Shown here: piece after piece, positions 19,331 to 28,570 of the stretch
Layout of the letters: each line of letters begins with the position of its first letter
Position numbering within the stretch: the first letter of the stretch is position 1
From: Syntrophorhabdaceae bacterium
GTDB lineage: Bacteria; Desulfobacterota; Syntrophorhabdia; Syntrophorhabdales; Syntrophorhabdaceae
DNA: 64,000 nucleotides
NCBI GenBank assembly: GCA_963666485.2
Contig: CAXXUO010000009.1
Coordinates: 96,001 to 160,000, forward strand
Direction of reading: 5' to 3'
Made by a program: the position numbers and the translations under genes
Notes under the pieces: model-generated
Seen by the model: only the letters and a program-made list of their open reading frames with translations
Databases searched by the model: none
Told to the model about the DNA's origin: nothing

Positions 19331-21271
19331 CTATTCGAACTGGGATTTCTTCTTTTTCTTTGCAGCGGCTGCTTCCGAAGTACGATCGCTGACCGTCATA
19401 AAGTTTTTGTCTACTTTCAAGGGGACTTTTCCCGTAACGCCAGTGCCGCGTTTTGCCTTGAATATGATCAGGTCGACGTTCCCGTCGTGCTTGATGATCG
19501 AGTCCCAGTCTTCCTTGACTTCAAATTCCCCGTCACTTTTTTCTTCAACCGCGCCGAGAATCCCTAACCACGATGCTTCATACTCAATGGTGCCCGACTC
19601 CTTGAATGACGCCATACTTAACCGCTGACCGGACTTGTATGAGTCTCTGGCCAGTTCTGAGATGGCGATGACGGGTGTATTCTGGATTTTGGCTAATTCC
19701 GTCAACTTGGAGAGGATATCGTCGACCCTTAGCCTTTCATCCCCAGTGTATTTCTCTGTCCTGAGCTTCCTTAGATAATCAATGATGATCACAGGTGCTT
19801 TCCCGTGTTTTTGCTTGATTTGAGCGATTAGTTCGTTCCATTTTTCGATAATTATTGTCTGCTGGACAACATATTTTTTGTCGATGATTCGCTGGATGCT
19901 CGGAATTTGCCAGAGGCTGCGTATGTCAGGAACTGTTCTGAAATTGAAATCCTCGATTGACTGACTGGAAAATCTTGAGAGGGTCCTGTACCTCAACTCC
20001 GCTCGCCCATCGTCATAACTGAAAAAGAGTACCGGGTAATCATTAAGACAGATATTGTCCGCAATGTTATTCAGGAGGACAGTCTTGCCGGATGACGGGA
20101 TCCCGCCAAAGAGATAGAATCTTCCGCCGGCAAATCCACCGTTCATGTTGTTTTCAAGGTTGGCGAGATTGACGTTCCCAAAAGGGACTCGGACATAATT
20201 CTGCTGATAATCAGAAACAGCCCTGTTGATGTCGTCGAGAAATAGATTGACATTAATTTGTGGCGTCTGGGTTGTTGCCGTCTGGGTCTTCTTCTCCAAC
20301 GCCTTTACGGATTCGAAGGTCTTTTTCAGTTCATCTAGATCAAGTGGCGGTTTGACTTTATTGTGGTTCCACATCTGGACCATTTCCCAGACTTCAATTT
20401 CGTTCGTTCCGGTCTTAAGCAGGTGACCAATCAACTTGGTCGCGGAATGGTTCCTTTCCCCCTGCTTGCATCCGTTTTGTAGAAGGTCGAGATATCCGTC
20501 TTTCGATTCCTGTGTCTTGGGTTCCAGAGGCTTGGAATTTTCTGCTGCCTGGAGTTTGTTTTCGTCTGTTTGCATTATTTCTTTCAGCTCATTAAAAAGG
20601 TCCGCGTGCTTTTCATTTTCGAGTGCTTCGGATTTAGAGATATCATCCAGATAGTCTTTCATCCATGGGGTACAGGGAGCCGGATCGATTTGGGATATTG
20701 AAAATCCTTCCGCCCATTCATAATAATGACCGGAACCATGTCGAGAAGGAGGAGCCACAACGTATCCGCCGTCAGCCCTAATATCAATATCCAGGTTCTT
20801 ATTGACCGTGTTCCTAATGTCCATTCCAGGGTGCTTCATGTATATGTGGTATCCTTTTCCGGTTTTAGCTTTAACAGTATCGGGAAACCCACCTTGCTCC
20901 TCCGCATATTCGACGGCGTGCTCAGAATCGAGATCAAAAACAACAATACCGGAAATGGATCCCGTGATGATGGCTATATTTGCCGCAGGTCTTTCAGTGA
21001 ACCATTGGGTGACCTGTTCCGTAGTTGGGAGCCGGTCCTGATATTCTTTCCAGCCGGAGATGCATGGTCGTTTGCACCAACGGATCAGTACCTGCTCAGT
21101 TATGACATCTTTGGGCAGGGGTTCTTCCGATTGATCGTTCTTCTCAAATTCCCTGTCACGTTCCGCTATAAAGTTCTTTGGAGCCTTAGCCTTGATCATT
21201 TCCGGACTGTAAAGGGGTATAATGGAATAACCTTTTTCCAAATACGATAATGCTATTTCTAATCTAGTCAT
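19331..21271 (-). CDS. Bifunctional Prim-Pol primase + PriCT + DnaB-like helicase
   Basis: NIAIITG..VFDLD, TGKGYHIY, DIRADGGYVVAPPS, GERNH; Walker A GIPSSGKT, IIDYL, ESGTIEY, KAKRG. Confidence 0.92.
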   Translation of the reverse strand: MTRLEIALSYLEKGYSIIPLYSPEMIKAKAPKNFIAERDREFEKNDQSEEPLPKDVITEQVLIRWCKRPCISGWKEYQDRLPTTEQVTQWFTERPAANIAIITGSISGIVVFDLDSEHAVEYAEEQGGFPDTVKAKTGKGYHIYMKHPGMDIRNTVNKNLDIDIRADGGYVVAPPSRHGSGHYYEWAEGFSISQIDPAPCTPWMKDYLDDISKSEALENEKHADLFNELKEIMQTDENKLQAAENSKPLEPKTQESKDGYLDLLQNGCKQGERNHSATKLIGHLLKTGTNEIEVWEMVQMWNHNKVKPPLDLDELKKTFESVKALEKKTQTATTQTPQINVNLFLDDINRAVSDYQQNYVRVPFGNVNLANLENNMNGGFAGGRFYLFGGIPSSGKTVLLNNIADNICLNDYPVLFFSYDDGRAELRYRTLSRFSSQSIEDFNFRTVPDIRSLWQIPSIQRIIDKKYVVQQTIIIEKWNELIAQIKQKHGKAPVIIIDYLRKLRTEKYTGDERLRVDDILSKLTELAKIQNTPVIAISELARDSYKSGQRLSMASFKESGTIEYEASWLGILGAVEEKSDGEFEVKEDWDSIIKHDGNVDLIIFKAKRGTGVTGKVPLKVDKNFMTVSDRTSEAAAAKKKKKSQFE

Positions 21272-21467
21272 TTTCAGTACCTCCGCTTACGGTCATTTGT
21301 TTCGAAATTTCTTTTAAAGCGTTCAACAATAATTCAGTGGCAATGGACGTCCCCGTTGCGACTTCGCTGGGATCGTTCATCACCCTCTCTGCAGCCATCC
21401 TTCGGAGCAAGTCGCGACAGTGCTCGGGAATGGCCAGGTTTACCTGGATTTTCTTCTGTTCGTTCAT
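21264..21467 (-). CDS. Small ribbon-helix-helix-like DNA-binding protein
   Basis: IQVNLAIPEHCRDLLRRMA beta-alpha-alpha pattern; AGGAGG RBS; overlaps primase start. Confidence 0.55.
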   Translation of the reverse strand: MNEQKKIQVNLAIPEHCRDLLRRMAAERVMNDPSEVATGTSIATELLLNALKEISKQMTVSGGTEND

Positions 21468-21653
21468 CTACATATCCTCCTATTGAGATATTGAGATATT
21501 TATATATTGTTCGTGTAAGTACTAGTAATCAGAAGGTGTTTTACGTGAGAATGTTTCTTGAAAGATATCGGACAATGCAAACGGAAAGGACGGAGATCGT
21601 AGTTCGATTACCCCGTCCTTTAAATTTGAAAACGAACCCGGTTCGTTTTGAGA

Positions 21654-22523
21654 TTAATTTTCTGGTGTGTTGTTGATTATATCCTGCAATTGGCGAAGAT
21701 AGTAAAGGTTGACCATCTGACGCGGGAGTGTGGTGTTCAAAAGGTCCTCGTAGGTATAGTTGAATGTATTTTTCAGGAATTCATTGAGTTGCTGCTTGTG
21801 ATGAAAATTGCTGTAGAAGATGTCTTTTCCTGAATTTTTCTTATCTTTTTTAGTTCTGCTCTCGAGATCAATGGAATATTCCTTCTGATCTGTCTCATCC
21901 CAATAATATATGGAACTATTACCCGCCTCACTTGCCCATGATGAAGCATCCGCCGAATAGGGTCTATGTTTGAATAATATCTCCCTGTTCAGACTCCCGA
22001 ACAAATGGAACTTGACGTCAGGGAATTTCACTTTAACCTCGTCCAGCACCTTTGGGCCAATCTTCTCACGGATACCCAAGGAACCCAAGGCAATATAATC
22101 GTGACCCTGGTCAACATAGGTCTGGATTTCTCCCATGGGGTCACCTGCGTCATGAATACAGGGGACCGGTTTCCAGGTTTTCCCTACAAGACCATTTTCA
22201 AGGAAATTCTGGTTCCTGAGATTATGTTCCGGGTCATCGAACTTATCATCCAAGGTAAAAACGGTGGTGAAGAGATCACCGTATCGCGTGATATAAGCGA
22301 GATATTCGGTGACGGAAATATCCGCTTTCTTCGTAAAAACGGAAAAGGCTCCCGAATCCAGGCACAGATGGTCGATCATGTCCCGGTAGGCTTTGGTGAC
22401 CTTCAGTGCGTTTCCGGCGAGATAAACATAGGATATAAGGATATTTAATTTTGTCGTTCCGCCGGTCACTTCATAGAAGTGCTTGACCACGTCAGCGTTG
22501 TCTATTGCCTGATAGATGATCAT
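21654..22523 (-). CDS. TGT-fold (DpdA-like) base-exchange enzyme, candidate DNA 7-deazaguanine insertase
   Basis: LDSGAFS, TLDD, PCIH, IALG, FHLFG, SADASSW match the order of TGT catalytic motifs; no TGT zinc site. Confidence 0.7.
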   Translation of the reverse strand: MIIYQAIDNADVVKHFYEVTGGTTKLNILISYVYLAGNALKVTKAYRDMIDHLCLDSGAFSVFTKKADISVTEYLAYITRYGDLFTTVFTLDDKFDDPEHNLRNQNFLENGLVGKTWKPVPCIHDAGDPMGEIQTYVDQGHDYIALGSLGIREKIGPKVLDEVKVKFPDVKFHLFGSLNREILFKHRPYSADASSWASEAGNSSIYYWDETDQKEYSIDLESRTKKDKKNSGKDIFYSNFHHKQQLNEFLKNTFNYTYEDLLNTTLPRQMVNLYYLRQLQDIINNTPEN

Positions 22524-23710
22524 TTCTTTACCCCTTTCCTGCTTGTTCGTTGTCGGGTGATCTTCTTGTTTCGTTGAACAGATGGCACAGCCGGCGCCTT
22601 TTTCATTGTGGAAGATTCTATGTTTTCCGGGAGGACTACTTGGGCTAGCGTTGACATTATATTTCTCGCCAGTTCGAAGGTGTCTTTATTGACATCTTTT
22701 ATCCAGTCGCTTTGTCCGTGCTGAATGTAGGTGTTATAATAGTTTATCAGGTTGGCCAAAATGGTATTCAAGCTCTGGAGGTTCCCCACAACCCGGTATT
22801 CCCTGTCAGAAGGAAACACCATTTTATTTAAGATGTAGTTTTCAAATGCGTCTTCTTTTTCTTCGGAGGTAGGGAAAGTATCGAGCCAGTCCTTGATCTT
22901 CTTCACGGTCTTTTGCTCAATCCAGTGCTTGTTGTAACAGGAAAGAAGGTATGCTTGGTCAAAGTCGGCAAAGTCAATGCCACCTTGTTTCAGGTTGTAA
23001 AGGGTGGCCACCGCGTCGGTGTGTTCATTGAAAACTAATCCCTTTCGGTCGTTGGCAATATCCGGGTAGGGATGTTCATCTATGATCTCTTTATACTCTT
23101 CTTTGTCCTGCAGACGATTTACCTGTAACAGTCTGTTTTTGCCCAGACTGGAATACTTTGTCGCAAATTCCCCCATGGCGAGAAGTTGTCTGGATTGCTG
23201 AAAATATCTCGTGTGTTGACTTCCAAAATTTTCCTTAACCCACCTTGAATATTTGGACCTGTCATTCCCGAGCGTCTGGTAGATCTCATTCAAGATCCTT
23301 CCGATCTGAACCATGGCGAGAACAACGAACATGGATGTGTGAACCTCTAGGGAATCTATTCCCCTGCAGATGTCTATGATGTATTTCTTCCCTTGATTGA
23401 GAAATGAAGGTAAGTCCCCACTGTCTTTTATAGATAAAAGGTTTGACACATGGTCCGGTTTCATAATTGTGCTGATGATTTCCGGCGAATAATTTTCGTT
23501 GTGCATTAAGCTGATTTCAACAACGCTGGTGCTGTCCATCATCGCATTGTCAAGAATAATCGCAGGGAGTTTCTGCTGTTGGGGATCACTGAGCCCGACG
23601 AGAGGTGGCAGGACGTCTACCTTTTTCGTTTGAGGAATTTTCTTACTTTCTTTAACGGTCTTATCTTTCGTTTTGACAGTCTTAGCTTCTTTCTTCTTTT
23701 TCTTGGTCAT
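22520..23710 (-). CDS. Protein with DUF3102-like domain
   Basis: QIGRILNEI..YSRWVKENFG..RYFQQSRQL; basic termini; start MTKKK after AAGGA; ATGA overlap with TGT-like gene. Confidence 0.55.
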   Translation of the reverse strand: MTKKKKKEAKTVKTKDKTVKESKKIPQTKKVDVLPPLVGLSDPQQQKLPAIILDNAMMDSTSVVEISLMHNENYSPEIISTIMKPDHVSNLLSIKDSGDLPSFLNQGKKYIIDICRGIDSLEVHTSMFVVLAMVQIGRILNEIYQTLGNDRSKYSRWVKENFGSQHTRYFQQSRQLLAMGEFATKYSSLGKNRLLQVNRLQDKEEYKEIIDEHPYPDIANDRKGLVFNEHTDAVATLYNLKQGGIDFADFDQAYLLSCYNKHWIEQKTVKKIKDWLDTFPTSEEKEDAFENYILNKMVFPSDREYRVVGNLQSLNTILANLINYYNTYIQHGQSDWIKDVNKDTFELARNIMSTLAQVVLPENIESSTMKKAPAVPSVQRNKKITRQRTSRKGVKK

Positions 23711-24434
23711 TTCCATTTCCTTTAACCCGCTGATGATATCTGTTCCGTTCCTTTTCTCTGCAACCTTCGGGGTCTCTTTCCCACCTTTCCTTCTGCTTTG
23801 CCTTGGGTGCGCATCCCGAATGATACCTCTTGCCTTTCCTTGTAATGATGATGATCTTTCCGCAGAAAGCGCACGCCCTGAAAATGTCGGTGGGCGCATC
23901 TTTGAGATGGAGCAGGAAGCGGTCTATTACCCTGATCTCTTCCATCGATATGGCAAACTTATCAGAAGCGAAGGAGAGCTTTATTGTAATAGGCGAACGT
24001 CTGAGTCTTATATCATAGGTCTTCCCATCTAACACGGAAAGGTCGTCGCCCGCTTCCACTATCTCTTTGTATGGCGCTAGCGAAGAAGACGGGTCATTTG
24101 CCGCGTTCATCATTTTTTTATATTTTTCCCGTTCTTTAGGGGCGTTATCTTTGTGGTCGAGAAACGCCTTCCTGATCTTGGTCCAAACAGGGGTCAACAA
24201 CGGGTGCCATTCAAGGACGGCGCCTTCCAGTTCGTCTCCCGTCAGATCGTCTGCATCGATGTGGTCATCCGGATTGCTCAAAAGCTGGAAAATCCCGTCG
24301 AACACAAACAGCGCTTTATCCGGGTGTTTCCGGTAGAGGTCTTTCAGCTGCGCGATATCCCGTTCAAGGTAATCCTCTATCAAGATCTTCAATACTTTTT
24401 TGTGTGACGCATCATTATTTTTGATAATAGCCAT
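23682..24434 (-). CDS. Putative regulator with C-terminal zinc finger and basic helix (CGNR-like)
   Basis: CAFCGK..RYHSGC..K/R-rich tail; divergent from xis-int. Confidence 0.55.
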   Translation of the reverse strand: MAIIKNNDASHKKVLKILIEDYLERDIAQLKDLYRKHPDKALFVFDGIFQLLSNPDDHIDADDLTGDELEGAVLEWHPLLTPVWTKIRKAFLDHKDNAPKEREKYKKMMNAANDPSSSLAPYKEIVEAGDDLSVLDGKTYDIRLRRSPITIKLSFASDKFAISMEEIRVIDRFLLHLKDAPTDIFRACAFCGKIIIITRKGKRYHSGCAPKAKQKERWERDPEGCREKERNRYHQRVKGNGNDQEKEERS

Positions 24435-24771
24435 AACTAATTGTATTTGTTTATAAAATAAATGTCAAGGATATGTTTAACATTAATTATAATTTGCGTC
24501 TTTTGATAGCTAATGTTAATATTAATTATCAATGATATTAAATAGTTATTGACATATAGTCCTGTGATTAATATCCTAATGTTATGGCAAGCGTTATCGG
24601 ATGATGAAAACGGTATCGGAGGCAGTAAACCATATACGGTGTCAGAGACCTCAAACATAACGAAGCAGGGATCAGGTTTTCGATTCAATTAAACTTAAGG
24701 ACTTCCCCAAAATTATCATGGGAGTCATTGATGAAGTTACCCGCCGGATTCCGGAAAGGGGTAACAAAACG

Positions 24772-25116
24772 ATGCAACACGAAGAGGAGCTACATGATAT
24801 ACTAACCCCTGAGGAGGTAGCCCAGTATCTGCGTAAAAGCGTCAGTTGGGTTTACAAGAACTGGAAGGTGCTGGGTGGCAGGAAACTCGGGGGTTCTCTG
24901 TTTTTTCCGAGCAAGGAGGACCTTTATGAGTCAATATTCCAAAAAGGGAAAGGGCTGGAGATACGACTTCACCCTGAACGGGACCAGGTACACAGAAGCC
25001 TGGTTCAAAACGAAACAAGAGGCAAGAAAAGCCGAAATGGCAAGAAAGGAGGAGATAACGAGACCGAGGCAGGAGACGGCGATCCCAACCGACATAAAAT
25101 TCTTGAAATTGGTTAA
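24772..25116 (+). CDS. Excisionase-like HTH protein
   Basis: ILTPEEVAQYLRKSVSWVY..RKLGG HTH_17/Xis pattern. Confidence 0.75.
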   Translation: MQHEEELHDILTPEEVAQYLRKSVSWVYKNWKVLGGRKLGGSLFFPSKEDLYESIFQKGKGLEIRLHPERDQVHRSLVQNETRGKKSRNGKKGGDNETEAGDGDPNRHKILEIG

Positions 25117-25969
25117 TGCACGGCTCGATTATGTGAAGAACCACAAGTCGGAGCGCCACTACCGGGAATATGTCTACATGGTAAAAAGATGGGTGAAACA
25201 GTGGGGCAACTTGAAATGCTCTCAGATCTCATCAAGGATGGTGGATGACTTCCTGTCTCAAAGAAACACCGTGTCGGCGCACGCCGCAAACAAGGACATC
25301 AGGTACCTCAAGGCGGTCTTCAACCACGCGGGCAAGATGAAGATAGCCCAGATTGAGAACCCGGTAAAAGGGATTGAACCTTTCCCGGAAAACAAACACC
25401 TGAAGTACATACCGAACAAAGAGGACATCAAAAAGGTCATCGATGTCGCCGAAAATCAGGATGACAAAGACTATATCATTACCATCAAGGATACAATGGC
25501 CCGCGTCGGCGAGATCAACAGATTGAAATGGGACGACGTTATGCTCGATAAGAAGTATCTCGTCCTTTACACGAGAAAGAAAAAAGGGGGCGGGTTGACT
25601 CCCCGTATCGTTCATATGACAAGGCGGCTGTACGATGTCCTGCAGAATCGGTTCGAAAAAAGAGATGCGAGCAAACCATGGGTATTCTGGCACAGGTATT
25701 GGAGCAGAAAAGAACAATGCTGGATGGATGGACCCTACGAGGACAGGAAGGGGTTGATGAAGTCGCTTTGCAAAAAAGCTGAAGTAAAATATTTCAGGTA
25801 CCATCCCCTGCGTCACTACGGAGCATCGGTCCTTGATCACGCGCGGGTTCCCATTGGTTCCATACAGAAGATCCTTGGTCATGAGAAGAGAACGACCACC
25901 GAGCTCTACATTCAGAGCATCAACGAAGCGGACATCGCGGCAATGGAGATATATGAGTCCATCGGCTAA
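24926..25969 (+). CDS. int: Tyrosine recombinase/integrase
   Basis: ARVGEI, HPLRH, LGH, TELY catalytic residues; N-terminal arm-binding-like GWRYDF; AGGAGG RBS before ATG 24926. Confidence 0.95.
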   Translation: MSQYSKKGKGWRYDFTLNGTRYTEAWFKTKQEARKAEMARKEEITRPRQETAIPTDIKFLKLVNARLDYVKNHKSERHYREYVYMVKRWVKQWGNLKCSQISSRMVDDFLSQRNTVSAHAANKDIRYLKAVFNHAGKMKIAQIENPVKGIEPFPENKHLKYIPNKEDIKKVIDVAENQDDKDYIITIKDTMARVGEINRLKWDDVMLDKKYLVLYTRKKKGGGLTPRIVHMTRRLYDVLQNRFEKRDASKPWVFWHRYWSRKEQCWMDGPYEDRKGLMKSLCKKAEVKYFRYHPLRHYGASVLDHARVPIGSIQKILGHEKRTTTELYIQSINEADIAAMEIYESIG

Positions 25970-26005
25970 TTTTTCACACGGTTTCTCACACGGTTTCTCA
26001 CACAG
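25970..26005 (+). repeat. Three tandem 12-bp repeats, probable integrase arm-type sites
   Basis: TTTTTCACACGG TTTCTCACACGG TTTCTCACACAG between int stop and tRNA 3' end. Confidence 0.65.
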
Positions 26006-26073
26006 AACGATGGCAAAAGATACGCCTGTTCGGGTCAGTCATGTAAGTATGCTAAATTACAGGCAATAAGAAG

Positions 26074-26147
<74 letters not shown>

Positions 26148-26327
26148 GTGGTGGTTATTATAGCGGGTTTGGGGGGTTATTTCAATATGATCCAGGCTAC
26201 CGCGAACGTCGCACTGTGGTATATTGTTCATTATGTGCTTGAAAAAAAACGTGAGTTCGGGTTATGTTGTTAGCGTTCAATTTTCTGATACTAAGCTTTA
26301 CGTTCTAAATATCAACGAGGTGAGTCG

Positions 26328-26420
26328 ATGGGCAGTGTAATGAAGTGGAGAAAGAAGAAGATCAGGAAGCATAAATATAAGAAATTAAGAAGGAGAACGC
26401 GGCACCAGCGCAGGAAGTAG
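26328..26420 (+). CDS. 30-aa basic AURKAIP1/COX24-domain (bS22/mS38-like) ribosomal protein
   Basis: Not in ORF track; GAGGTG RBS; MGSVMKWRKKKIRKHKYKKLRRRTRHQRRK. Confidence 0.85.
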   Translation: MGSVMKWRKKKIRKHKYKKLRRRTRHQRRK

Positions 26421-27218
26421 AGACCGCATCACCTTCATATTCACTTCGTCCATATTGCCCATCTTGGGCGTCTCCATGACGCCAGCCAGATGGGCAAATC
26501 TTTTATCTTTTAATAACTGCCGGAAAAATGTAAGGCCCATTTCGCCTTCGCCAATGTGCCAGTGGCGGTCGGCACGGGCCCCTGCGGGGGACTTCGAGTC
26601 GTTCAGGTGAAAGAAGCCGATCTTGCCGATGCCGAGAAGCCGGTCGAAATCGCGGAGAAACCTGGTCCAGCCGCCCCTTTCGGTTATTTTGTACCCGGAT
26701 TCAAAGAGGTGCGCGGTGTCGAGGCAGAAGCGGGTGCGGTCCGGGTTATCGACATGTTCATAAATACGGGCCAACTCCTCGATGGTTGTGCCGAGCGCGC
26801 TGCCCTGCCCTGCCGTGTTCTCGATAAGGACCGTAATGTCATGTGTTTCGTGCACGGTATTTACCGCTCGGGCGGTCGTCTGCGCTCCTCTAAGTTTGTC
26901 CTGGTGCGACCCGGGGTGCGCCACGAGGTATTTGATGCCGAGCCGGGCGCACAGCGAGACCTCGTGAAGGAAGCCGTTCAGGTTGCGTTCGTCTTCGTCT
27001 ATCTTCGCGAGATTGGGCAGGTAGGAGAGGTGCGCGTAGACGGGCAGGACGGCGGAGAGTCGTCCGAACGCCTCGATATCTTTTTCGGAGAGCGTCCTTT
27101 GTACCCATGACCTCGGGTTCTTGACGAAGATCTGTATCGCCTCACATTGCAGTGTGAGCGCTCTTTCCAGCGTGGCGTCAAAACCCTGTGCTATGGAAAC
27201 GTGGAAGCCTAATTTCAT
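26385..27218 (-). CDS. nfo: Endonuclease IV
   Basis: GFHVS, AHPG, IENTAGQG, CLDTAH, HLNDSK, DRH. Confidence 0.95.
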   Translation of the reverse strand: MKLGFHVSIAQGFDATLERALTLQCEAIQIFVKNPRSWVQRTLSEKDIEAFGRLSAVLPVYAHLSYLPNLAKIDEDERNLNGFLHEVSLCARLGIKYLVAHPGSHQDKLRGAQTTARAVNTVHETHDITVLIENTAGQGSALGTTIEELARIYEHVDNPDRTRFCLDTAHLFESGYKITERGGWTRFLRDFDRLLGIGKIGFFHLNDSKSPAGARADRHWHIGEGEMGLTFFRQLLKDKRFAHLAGVMETPKMGNMDEVNMKVMRSLLPALVPRSPS

Positions 27219-27289
27219 TGTCCGGTCCTTACAACAACATATGACAAAAAATCTTGCAAATAAAGGTGGAAAGATGCAGAATAAACTCC

Positions 27290-28534
27290 ATGGCAGCTGA
27301 AGCTATCGGGATAATCGTCGGCGGGGGGCCTGCACCGGGGATAAACGGGGTCATAAGCGCGGCCACCATCGAAGCGATCAACGCCGGGAAAAAGGTCTTC
27401 GGTATCGTGGGCGGTTTCAAGGCGCTCTTTGAAGGGAACAAGGATATTTTTATTCCCCTCACGATAGAGGACGTCTCCCGCATCCATGCCTCGGGCGGAT
27501 CAATTCTCCGTACATCCCGGGACAAACCGGAAAATGCGAAGGCAAAGTTCAAAACGCTGATGTCCACGCTGAAAAGCGCCGGCATCAAGTACCTCATAAC
27601 GATCGGCGGCGACGGTACCCTGTACATGGCCAACTGGATAGAACGGGAGGCCCGCGGGGCCATAAATGTCGTGCACACGCCGAAAACGATCGACAACGAC
27701 ATCCCTCTTCCCGGCGGTTTCTCCACGTTCGGGTTCCAGACGGCGCGGCATGTCGGTGTTTATATCGTCAATAATATCATGGAAGATGCCCGTACGATGG
27801 GCCGGTGGTATTTCATAACGGCAATGGGACGTCATGCCGGGCACCTGGCGCTCGGGATGGGCAAGGCGGCCGGCACAACACTGTCCCTGATACCTGAAGA
27901 ATTTCCCGAAGAAAAATTATCCTTCAAAAAAGTCGCCGACATCCTTACTGCGGCCATCCTCAAGCGAAGAAGTATGGGGAGGGACCACGGCGTTGCGATC
28001 CTTGCCGAGGGCATTTCAGAAATGTTCGACCTCGAGGAATTGGAAAAGCACGACGCGGTCGAGAAGAATGAAAAAGGCGAGCTCAAGCTTTCGGAGATCC
28101 AGCTTGGCAGGGTGCTGAAGGATTTCGTTAACAAAACGCTGAATGAACTGGGGATCGAAGTAGGCATAGTCGACAAGAACATCGGGTACGAACTGCGGGC
28201 GGCAAACCCTATTCCCTTTGATGTCGAGTATACCCGCAATCTCGGCTATGGCGCAGTCAGGTTCCTTCTGCGGGGCGGCTCAGGATCGATGGTAGTTCAG
28301 TTCGAAGGCAACCTGAGGCCCATACCTTTTGTGGAGATGATAGATTACAGGACCGGGAGGGTGAAGATAAGGACCGTCGACACGACAACGGAGACGTACG
28401 AGGTTGCCCGGAAATACATGATCCGCCTTGAAAAAGAGGACCTTGAAGGACACAGTCTTGCAAATATCGCGAAAGCTTCCAACATGTCCCCCGAAGAGTT
28501 CAGGGCGCGTTTCGGATATGTACTGGGCGTATAA
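27290..28534 (+). CDS. pfkA: 6-phosphofructokinase (PPi-PFK-like clade; GGDG motif suggests ATP)
   Basis: GGGPAPG, IGGDGT, PKTIDND, MGR, GYELR. Confidence 0.88.
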   Translation: MAAEAIGIIVGGGPAPGINGVISAATIEAINAGKKVFGIVGGFKALFEGNKDIFIPLTIEDVSRIHASGGSILRTSRDKPENAKAKFKTLMSTLKSAGIKYLITIGGDGTLYMANWIEREARGAINVVHTPKTIDNDIPLPGGFSTFGFQTARHVGVYIVNNIMEDARTMGRWYFITAMGRHAGHLALGMGKAAGTTLSLIPEEFPEEKLSFKKVADILTAAILKRRSMGRDHGVAILAEGISEMFDLEELEKHDAVEKNEKGELKLSEIQLGRVLKDFVNKTLNELGIEVGIVDKNIGYELRAANPIPFDVEYTRNLGYGAVRFLLRGGSGSMVVQFEGNLRPIPFVEMIDYRTGRVKIRTVDTTTETYEVARKYMIRLEKEDLEGHSLANIAKASNMSPEEFRARFGYVLGV

Positions 28535-28570
28535 GGTCTTTGAGCTCGCCTGCCGGGTCCGCCGGCACCC

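Larger units (their letters stand above)
1..26073. mobile_element. Integrative element/genomic island at tRNA-Arg 3' end (left boundary outside window)
   Basis: Tyrosine integrase next to tRNA 3' end; Xis-like gene, primase-helicase, Rep with iterons, SSB/SSAP/DUF932 module; visibly lower GC than sequence right of the tRNA. Confidence 0.9.

Noticed and set aside
23711..23899. N-terminal extension of the 459-aa ORF
   Set aside because: Overlaps the upstream zinc-finger gene; RBS supports a start at 23710
24935..24956. Slippery-looking CAAAAAGGGAAAGGG as a programmed xis-int frameshift
   Set aside because: int is in the +1 frame relative to xis, so a -1 slip would not fuse them, and int has its own RBS and ATG
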